This document shows positions 1-9,596 of a stretch of 48,582 nucleotides of DNA, piece after piece; the stretch's first letter is position 1; every line of letters starts with the position of its first letter. Below the pieces are notes generated by a model. That model saw nothing but the letters and a program-made list of their open reading frames with translations, made no database searches and was not told where the DNA came from. The position numbers and the translations under genes were made by a program. This DNA comes from Trypethelium eluteriae. Taxonomy: Eukaryota. The DNA lies in assembly GCA_051942245.1 (NCBI GenBank), contig JAVECL010000122.1:1-48582 (forward strand), read 5' to 3'.

Positions 1-822
1 ATATATATATATATATATTTTATAAAAATAAATGTTTTTTAATTTTATTTTTTTATATTCTCTGTTAGCTTTATAGTCTTTTTTTTTATATTAAATTAAA
101 TAATAGCAGTTTTAGACCTATTACAACTTTTTAAATATATAAAAAACTTAAGTAAATTTAATACAGCTATAATAAATATACAAACTATTAGCTTACTTTT
201 AATAATTCTTATTTATAGTAAATAGAATTAAACAGTGCTATTTTTTATTATATTATACTTACTAGTTAAGCTTAATTAGTATTTATATTATAAGCTTTTT
301 TACAGCTTTTTTATTTTTTATAAGTTAATTATTATTACTGTAATAGGTAATTAGCTTAATTTTAAATTATTAGATAAAAGAATTTAGCTTATTAAATAGC
401 TTAGGCTAATTAATACTAATTTATACTATGTAGAATTAAATATATATATAAAAATAATTCTAACTATTAAAAAAGTATGCTAAATATATATTAATTATTA
501 TAAATATTATAAACTTAATTAAATTTTTTAAAATTCTAATTAGTAAAAGAGTAATAAAAAAATCCACACACCTTTTCAACAGACTATTCATTATAATTCT
601 AATTAAATAATATAGATAAATATTTAGATTAGATTTATTATTTAGTATATTATTTACACAGTTTTTTTTTACTAATATCTTAATTACTATATATATAATA
701 AAGGCTTATAATTTTAAAAAAAAGTGTAGTAAGAACCTTTATATTTATTTTAGCTACAGTCTGTTTAAAAAAACTCTAAAGTAGCTTTTTTAATTGCTAC
801 TAAAAATACTTAAATATTTTTA

Positions 823-827
823 GTATT
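823..827. repeat. 5-bp target-site duplication GTATT (second copy at 7557-7561)
   Basis: GTATT lies immediately before the TG of the 5' LTR and immediately after the CA of the 3' LTR. Confidence 0.9.
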
Positions 828-1321
828 TGTTACGACCCAGCCGCGTCAAGGCTGAACGCCATCTCCTTTGTACTTGCTGCAAGCGTTCCACAGACAGGTC
901 GTAACGGGCAGAGATCACGTGACTGATTAGTAGCGAGAAGCCACAGATCAGGGTAGAGCGGTCTAAAGCGATTACCCACGGATTGCAGGTTATCACACTG
1001 ATCAACAGCGATTAACCGGAGATTAGTAAAAATCTGATTAGAGGAGGAATAGCTGTGATTAGAAGAAATTACAAGTATATATATGTAGGAGGGAATCAGC
1101 TTAACTAACTTCCTCGCGTTTTATTATTATATTAAACTGTACTTATAATTAGTTACAAGCTCAATTAAATAAGACCTTATTTAGTATAAGTTGTTTAAAG
1201 CTTAGTAACCCTTCTTATATTATTAGATCCTTAACACTCCGCTCTTATGTAAAAAACCCTAAGACCCTTTTATAGACCTGTTATAAGCCGCGCTTATATT
1301 AGGGGGTATAAGCTTATAATA
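828..1321 (+). repeat. 5' LTR of the Gypsy element
   Basis: Colinear with 7063-7556, same 494-bp length; starts TGTTACGA. Confidence 0.95.
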
Positions 1322-1328
1322 TAATAAA

Positions 1329-3080
1329 ATGCCCTTAAGGATAAGTTAATTAGGATCCACTCCGTGGCTAGAGTTTCGCACTAAAGCCCTATTAAAAGAA
1401 GGCAAGGTGGGACAACCCAATAAGTATTTTGGGGAAAAAAATAAGTTAGAAGAATAACTATGCTAAATCCAGCTTTATTTTTTATTTAAAAAAATCCCAG
1501 ATAATTAATAAACTTTAGTAGCCTTATTATACTTAAGAGGATAGGTCTAATAATAAATAAAACCTAAATTAACTTTATACCTTAATAATAAGGAAGATAC
1601 TGGTAAGGTCTTTTTAAAATTTTCTAAATTTAAAAAAGAGCTTAAAAAAATTTTTAGAATCTTTAATAAAGTTAAGATAATAAAGTAAGCAGTTTAAAAA
1701 TTAATATAAAAAACTTTAGCAACAAATTATATAACTAAGTTCTAAAAGTATTTAAATAAGTTAAAATGGAATAATAAAGCCTTATAACTTATGTACTAAA
1801 GAGGACTTAAGGATAATATTAAAAATAAGCTGATGCGGTATAATAGCGCTATTAACATATTGCAAGAATTTATTAATGCCTTAATTAAACTGGATAATAA
1901 ACTTTACGCAAAATGTATAAAAAAATAATCAGCCTTATATATTTTAGCTGGATAAATTAAAGGAATTATTTAATATTAAAATAGTAGCAAGCTAATAGAA
2001 GGAGTTTAGTACTCTAACCTTGCGCAAAGTAAGAAGGAAAAAAGTGCCTAAATAAAAAGAAAATGCTATGCTTATAAAAAATTAAGGTATATAACAAAAA
2101 ATTATTAATCTAAAAATAAAGTAAATTGCAGAGAAGAATTTAATATAGCCACTTAAGTTTATTTAAAAGAAGATAAAATTCTTATTAATAAATTAATAAG
2201 TAATAATAATATTAAGAACTTAGATATTTTTTAGTATTAAATATTTAATAACAAATCTAAGGCAGAGAAAAAAAGTGCTTTATGGGAAGAAGTTATTAAC
2301 CCTGCAATTAGCTAAGAGGACTTATAAGCACCCACATATATAATTTAAGGAGAAGAAGTAACTTAGGATAAACACAAAAATTATATGCATTTAGTATTAA
2401 AAATAGAGGATTACCCAAATTATTAATTTTTGGGATAATACTTACTGCAAGAATGCAATATTTATAGGGCTTATATAAGTATAAAACCTAAACTTTTATT
2501 AATAATATGGGACCAAAAATAAAAAAACTTCTGTTATTAAAAAGAAGTCCATAAACTCTCACAACATCCCAACCATAATTAAATAATTGGATAAGAGGAA
2601 TATTAAAATAATACATATATAAAGTATTAATAGGCAAAGGAATAATATAAAAAAAAGTTATAATATTAACTCCAATATTTCACAGCATGTGGGATAAGGA
2701 GCTGTGAATTTTACTAAAAATAGGAAGGTAATTATAGCTTACTTAATAAAAGGTTTTATAAAGAAAAGGAAATATACCCATATTATAAGCTGGGTAGTAA
2801 TGTAGCTTAGGGAAGGAGCTAATCCTAATAAGGACTGTGTCTAAAATTACCCTATAAACCACCCGTGTGTAAAATAATAAACTGGCTAAAATGTGTTAGC
2901 ACTGTGTGTGTTAAATACCGCCAAAAGCAAGCGGATTATTATGTAAAATATTAATATAACAACCTAAATTATTATAAATATTACCTAGATTATAAAAATA
3001 TAAAACCGGAATAATAAAAGTACCATAAAACTACCAAAAAGATAATAAAAGAAGAGGGAAAAGTTAATAACTTCTTATAA
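1329..3080 (+). pseudogene. Gypsy gag relic with zinc knuckle and extra C-x4-C-x2-H repeats
   Basis: ATG at 1329 is in frame with a Gag-like PNKYFGEKNKLEE*LC*IQLYF segment, with the RIPed knuckle C-Y-A-(C)-K-K-L-(G)-(H)-I-(A)-K-N-(C) at 2064, and with Cys/His repeats at 2454-2920. Many RIP stops. Confidence 0.8.
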
Positions 3081-6000
3081 AGGGGTTATAAGCAAGTTGT
3101 AATATAACATCCCTTAATAAAGCAATAATAGGATTATTTAAGATTAAGGTTAAGATTAAAAATTAACAGGTTAAAGTAATAATTAATAATAATGCATTAA
3201 TAAATATAATAGCAGCAATAACTACTAAAAAAATTGGACTTAATACTAAGGAAAAAGAGAAGCTATATAACTTATATAAAGCTACTAAATTATAACTTGG
3301 AGGACAAGAATAAGTAAATACTAAGACAGAATTTACTTTTATAATTACGCAAAGGCATACTAAGGAAATTTAATTTAATATTATTAATTTAATTAAATAT
3401 AGCATTATACTTAGATTATTATAATTGCGGAAGTATAACCCAGATATTAATTAGGAAATAGGGGAAGTTACATTCTTTAGGTATAAACACAGCATTACAT
3501 AGAACCCCAGAGGAGTAGCAAATTGCTTTAAGGATAAAATAAAAATAAGCTATAGTGTGGCTTTAATATTAATAAATAAGGATAACTAAAAAAAATAAAC
3601 TGAATCCGGCATATTTAACACTTTAATAAAGGTAGAAGGTTAATTAAGGGATAACACAGAGCATAAAAACGCTGAACTTATAATAATACCTTTTAAATAC
3701 AAAAAGTATTTACTGCTTTTTAAGAAAGGGAGGGCAGACTAAGCACTGCCTCTGCATTAAATATGGGATTATAAAATAAAATTAGAGCTAGGGAAGCAAC
3801 CTATTTTTAGACCTTTATATCCCCAGTTATAAAAAGAATTAAAGATGCTTTAAGAATAGCTAAAAGAAAACCTTAAAAAAGGATTTATTTAAAAATCTAA
3901 GTTTTTAGCAGGATATCTTATACTTTTTGTTCCCAAAAAAAGTAAAAAATTGCGATTATGTGTTAATTACCAAAAACTTAATATTATTATAATTAAGAAT
4001 AGATATCCATTACTTAATATAGCAGAATTAAGGGACCGCCTAACCCGAGCAAAGTAGCTTATATTATTAGACCAAAAAAATGCCTATAATTTTATCCGCA
4101 TAAAGGAAGGTAAGGAATAAAAAACTGTATTTAGAATAAGATACAGATTATTTAAATCCTTAATAATGCTATTTAGATTAATAAATGCACCTGCGACCTA
4201 TTAAGAATAAATTAATAACGCATTATAATTATATTTAGACATCTTTATAATTATATATCTTAATAATATATTAATTTACTTTAAAATAAAGGAAGGATAT
4301 ATAAAATATATAAAAATAATACTAGAATGTTTAAAAAAAAGGAATCTTAAATTATTACTAAAAAAGTGTGTTTTTTATTAAGAATAAGTAATATTTTTAG
4401 GATACATGGTAAGAAAAGATTAGATTTAAATAAAATTAAAAAAGGTATAATTAATTTTAATGTGGCTAAGGCTAATAAATATTAAGGGGGTTTAAAGTTT
4501 TTTAGGATTTATAAACTTTAATTAATAGTTTATTCTTAAGTATTCCAAAAAAGCAAAATTACTTATAGACTTTATAAAGGGTAAGTAATTATTTAAATAA
4601 GAATAGCTACAAAAAAAAGCCTTTAAAATTATTAAAAAAGAGATTATAAAAAACTTAGAATTAATAATCTGCAACCCAGAATTATTATTAAAGCTTAAGA
4701 TTAATGCTTTAGACTTTATAATAAGCACCTGCTTATTATAATAAGTAAATAAGAAGTGGAGATTAATAGGATATTACTTAAAAAAAATAACTCCTGCTGA
4801 GTTAAATTATAATATCCATAATAAAAAATTATTAGCAATAATAGCAGCAATAGAATACTAAAGAGCGTATATTAAAGGAATACCTAAATTAGATGTATAT
4901 ATAAACTATAAAAACCTATTAATATTTATAATAATAAAACAGTTAAATTAACAATAAGTTAAATAGGCAGAACTCCTTAAATAATACAAGTTTATTATAT
5001 ATTACGCACTAAGAAAAAAGAATAAAAAAGCAGACACTTTAAGTTAATAAGAGGATTATTAAGGGAATAAAAAGGTGTACTAAGCAGTATTTAAAAAAAA
5101 GGATAATAGCACTCTTAAAAGCATTTTTTAAAAGTTTGGATTAGTTCTTAATATTTTAGAAGATAAGGATAAATAATTCCCTATTATTACTTAAAAAATA
5201 AATATTCTAAATAATAAAGTTAATTATTATATTTAAAAATATTATAATAAACCATAATATAAACATTCTAGAATTGCGCAGACACTTAAAAATATATCTT
5301 AAAACTGCATTTTTAATAATATAAAGTGGAAAGTCCAAAGTTATGTGGCAAAATATAATTACTGCAAAAAAAATAAATATAATACCCAAAAAAGAAAGGG
5401 CATTATCCAACCAATTTAAGCATTAATAAGGCCTTAGGAGCAGATTATAATAGACTTTATTACAGACTTACTTATATTAAAGCATCTAGTAGCCAGAAAA
5501 GTTTACACAGCAATTTATATAATAGTATGCAGACTAATAAAGTATATAATACTAATTCTATTTAATAAAAGATATGGAATAAAAAAAATAGTATGGATAC
5601 TCTTTAAAAGAATAATATTATACTTTAGATTACCTATCTTAATAATATTAGACTGAGATAAAAAGTTTATAGCTAAATTCTTCTAAATATTAATAGCAAA
5701 CTTAAGAATTAGAACCAAATTATTAATAGTGTATTATAAGGAGACTGACGGATAAACTAAGTAAATAAATTAATTACTAAAGCAATTCCTAAAATATTAT
5801 ATTAATAATTTATAAAATAATTAGGTATTATTATTACTTATAGCATAATTATATATTAATACCAGAAAATCCAGTATAATTAAGTTTGCACCTATCTAAG
5901 GGCTAACAGGATATATACTCTTATTAATTTAATTAATACCTATTAGGATAATATTAGCATTAAAAGAAGATTATGGGAAGATAATAAAATTAATACATAA

Positions 6001-6450
6001 TAAAATAGCTAAAAATATTAATAAAAAAAATAAGAGTTTAATTTATAATAATAAAAAAGTAAATAAACCTTAATTAAAAAGGGGAGATAAAATATACTTA
6101 CTTATAAAAAATTTAAAAACAAAAAGACCTTATAAAAAGCTTAATGCGGTAAAGGTTGGTCTATTTATTATTAAAAAAAGAAAAAATAAAGTTAATTATA
6201 AGTTAAACCTTCTGTAGGATGCTTAAGTCTACCTAATATTTTATTTATCCTTACTAAAATTAGTAAATAAAAGCATATTATGTGCAGAGATATTTAATTA
6301 TAAATTAAAAGAAAAACACAAGTTTAAAGTAAAAAAAATCCTATAAAAAAAAAAGCAGAAAATACTTAATAAAGTAAAAAGGATACCCAAACTTAAAAAA
6401 CACTTAAGAAATAAGAACCACACTAACTAAATATGGAGAAAAGATATAAT
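3056..6450 (+). pseudogene. Gypsy pol relic (PR-RT-RH-IN-chromodomain)
   Basis: Motifs as listed for the element. Protease and RT start are in the -1 frame relative to gag, with a slippery heptamer G GGA AAA at 3056-3062. End coordinate approximate. Confidence 0.85.
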
Positions 6451-6499
6451 AATATTAAAACTTAAAAAGAAAAATATACTGTTAAAAAAAATCCAATTA

Positions 6500-6981
6500 A
6501 GCTAAGAATTAATAAAAAAAAAAGTTAACTTTTTTATTAACATATCCCACATAATTTTAGGAATAATATAAAAAGGATTTTGCTCCTTAAGCAAAGCAAC
6601 CTCCTTAGGTTTTCCTTCCTTAGACTTAAGGTTTAGAATATTTTAAGTTTTATTAAAAGTTAAAAATTATTAACACTTATAAAGGAACTCTAACTGCTTT
6701 TATAAATAATCAGTCTTAGCTATGGATTTTATTATTTTATCCTAAACCTAATTTATTTTATAATTAATTTTGTTAAAGTTTACCTTAAAAAAGGCTAAAT
6801 TATAGGGATAATTCCTCTTTATATACTTTAGACACCTTTAGGAGTTAGGGCTGATGCAACAGTCTAATTTTTAATATACATAATTATAATAAGGACGCAT
6901 TATAATAAGGGCTTTACAAAGTTTAGTAATAAAATAATAATAATAAAGTATAAAAAAAGTAGGAATGCGGGCGGAAGCCAT
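6500..6981 (-). pseudogene. Antisense extra ORF of the Gypsy element: Zn2Cys6-like cysteine cluster plus coiled coil
   Basis: ATG at 6981 (MASARIPT...). In frame: MRP(C)YN(C)VY*KLDCCISPNS*RCLK(C)IKRNYP(C)NL, where (C) is TAT read as RIPed TGT, followed by helical AKTD.L*KQLEFL. End approximate. Confidence 0.65.
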
Positions 6982-7045
6982 AATAATTAAACATATTATT
7001 AGCTGCTATATGTATTACACCGGAATAACTATTAAGCCGACAGTT

Positions 7046-7059
7046 AAGAAGGGGGGAGA
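7046..7059 (+). other. Polypurine tract (plus-strand priming site)
   Basis: AAGAAGGGGGGAGA ends 3 bp upstream of the 3' LTR. Confidence 0.85.
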
Positions 7060-7062
7060 TAA

Positions 7063-7556
7063 TATTATAACCTAGCCGCGTTAAGGCTGAACGCCATCTC
7101 CTTTATACTTACTATAAGCATTCTATAGACAGGTTATAACAGGCAGAGATTACGTAATTAATTAGTAGCAAAAAGCCACAGATTAGGGTAAAGCAGTCTA
7201 AAGCAATCACCCACAGATCGCAGGTTATCACACTAATTAACAGCGATTAACCGGAGATTAGTAAAAATCTGATTAGAGGAGGAACAGCTATAATCAGAAG
7301 AAATCACAAGTATATATATGTAGGAGGGAATCAGCTTAACTAACTTCCTCGCGTTTTATTATTATACCAAACTGTACCTACAGTTAGTTATAAGCCAAAT
7401 TAAACAAGACCTTATTCAGTATAAGTTGTTCAAAGCTTAGTAACCCTTCTTACATCATTGGATCCTCGACACTCCGCTCCTCCATGAAAAACCCTGAGAC
7501 CCTTCTACGGACCTGCTACAAGCCGCGCTTGTACCAGGGGGTATAGGCTCATAACA
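7063..7556 (+). repeat. 3' LTR of the Gypsy element
   Basis: Direct repeat of 828-1321; ends ...CATAACA; preceded by a polypurine tract. Confidence 0.95.
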
Positions 7557-7561
7557 GTATT

Positions 7562-9428
7562 TATAAATAGCAGATTAATAGATTTAATAAATAATAACAT
7601 TTTTTAAAGCATAATTAGTTTAGAATAATCTATTTTATACCTTTATTTATTAGAATAAATTTAGAAAGAATTGGTTAAAAATTTATTAAAAAAATAATAT
7701 AAATAAAAGTTTAATTCTAAAGAATTTTAAACTTATATATTAGTATAACTTATTTAAGTATTTATAAAATACTGTTTTATAAATCTAAGAATTAAATTCT
7801 AAAATATATATTTATAATAGTATTTATTTAAAGGCAGATATTGCAGACTATCTATTAGAAATATTAAACTTTAAAAAAGAATAATATAACTTTTTCTAAC
7901 TTAAATCATGTTTATCTATGCTATTTAGCATCTAATAACACCAGATTATATATGTTTATATATATTAGAAGTAATATTATCTAGTTTCACCTATTTATAG
8001 CTGTATAAAGGTTTTTATTATACTAATAAATAAATACAGGTTCAGCTGTATTTTTAAAGAAGTAATAAACTATTTATATAATATATTTATCTTATTATTT
8101 GCATTAAGTACTCAGTCTATTTTATTAGTTCAGTACCTTTTTAGTAAGAGCTTACAGAATTATTATTATTTATATAAACAATCTTTTTATTATAAACAAA
8201 ATACAAAAATTATTTAATAATATTAAAAAAGCTATTATTTAAAAATTTAGAATAAAGGATATAAAACTTATAATCTACTATTTTAAAATTTAAATTATTG
8301 AAAATTAAATAAGAAAAATATTTATTATTAATTAAAATACTTATATTTAAAAAATAGTATAAAAGTTTAATTACTTTAATTTAAAAAAGGTTTTTATATC
8401 TTTATTAAATAAAAATTATAAACCTTATAAAAAAAAAGCAATAAATAATATAAAAAGCAGATATTAAAATATATCAGAATTTTTAGCTTTTGTTACTTAT
8501 ATTTTATACTTTAATGTAATATTAGCTTACAGTATTTTTTTTATTATAATTATAACTCTAAATTAGAATATGTTAATATTATAAAATATATTTTTAAATA
8601 TTTACTTAAAATACTCTCTTTAAAAATCTGCTTTAAATAAAATAAAAATAATATTTTAATACTTAAATTTAAATTTAAATTAATATTTGATTATAATTTT
8701 AATTAGATAGATAATATATTAAATAAGAAATTTATAAGTAATTATATAATAAAATTAGCTAAACAAGTAATTTTTTAAAAAAAACTTTAAATAATTCTTA
8801 ATTATATATTTTATTATAAAAGCTAAATATATTATTTTAGACTTTATTATAAAAAAACTATTATATATTAAAAAGCTATTTAATAAATTTAAATAAATAT
8901 TACAAAAACCTATAATTATTTGTAAAAATAACCTTTTTATTATTAAAATTTTAAAGTAAAATAAAGTAAATAACAGAAATAAATATATTAATATTAAATA
9001 GCATATAATAAAATAGAAAATTAAGAATAAGAAGGTAATAATATATTATATTAATACTAAAAAATAAGTAGCAGATGGTTTTATAAAGCTTTTAAATAAA
9101 CAGACCTTTAAATAATTTATAAAACAGTTGGGTATAATAAATATCACAACTTAATAATATTCTATTAATAAATAATAAGGCTATATTAATTAAAAGGGTG
9201 TGATGTTATTTATAAAGTAGAATCCAATTAAGATAGCCTTAAAGGTAGTGTCTACCATATTATATACACACTCAGATCCCTTTATGTAAATCCTCACACC
9301 CCATAGTAGATCCCAATTTCTCTTCGCCCTCACCTTTATCAAGGGAGGTCTATATAGTAGCCTGCACCCCAGGCGACCTAGATAGGTCAATTGAGTTGTT
9401 TCCTCCGATCTCGTTGTATACTACAACA
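7562..9428 (+). mobile_element. Ty1/Copia retrotransposon relic (RT-RNase H part and probable 3' LTR); 1-822 is probably its upstream portion
   Basis: RIPed Copia motifs: Y(V)(D)(D)L as TAT ATA AAC AAT CTT (~8168), K(H)I(D)IK(W)H (~8981), VADGF(T)K(P)L (9068-9094). Assignment of 1-822 rests on the TSD continuity, not on recognised motifs. Confidence 0.7.
9204..9428 (+). repeat. Probable 3' LTR of the Copia relic
   Basis: Follows the RNase H end and a purine-rich tract (AAAAGGG). Starts TGTTAT and ends ACAACA, an imperfect TG..CA inverted terminus. The partner LTR is not in the window. Confidence 0.55.
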
Positions 9429-9596
9429 TCAATACTTCGATAGAGGCTACGTTTACGACCAACTCAAGAAAGCTTGCCCATAGATCAAGTCTAAACATAG
9501 AAATGAAAGTAAGTTGATTAGTCTGCTAGGGATGGTCTCTCCTGTACCCACCATTACATACTGTTGCTCAATCTGTAGTCACTCTTCCAACGCTAT

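Larger units (their letters stand above)
828..7556 (+). mobile_element. Full-length Ty3/Gypsy LTR retrotransposon (chromovirus), RIP-inactivated
   Basis: Two 494-bp direct LTRs with TGTTACGA...TCATAACA element ends and a GTATT TSD. Domain relics in Gypsy order: gag with CCHC knuckle (2064-2105), protease I(DSG)A (~3182), RT LRLCV(D)Y (~3950), NAPAT (~4183) and YL(DD) (~4255), RNase H NY(D)IH(D)K(E)LLAI (~4806), integrase DFITDL (~5453) and ETDG(Q)T(E) (~5741), chromodomain KYL(V)K(W)KGY (~6360). Confidence 0.95.
1..9200. other. AT-rich, RIP-degenerated transposon block
   Basis: Extremely AT- and TpA-rich, no long ORFs. Recognisable retrotransposon motifs carry C>T/G>A changes (TGG>TAA/TAG, GAT>AAT, TGT>TAT). 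Sharp switch to ordinary GC content after about 9250. Confidence 0.95.

Noticed and set aside
1322..1345. Primer-binding site after the 5' LTR
   Set aside because: No TGG-starting tRNA-complementary sequence visible; RIP or self-priming may explain this, so it is not called.
820..9390. Short ORFs in the track inside the AT-rich block (820-1005, 4522-4728, 5207-5410, 9190-9390)
   Set aside because: Chance antisense frames within LTR, pol or Copia sequence; no domain motifs.
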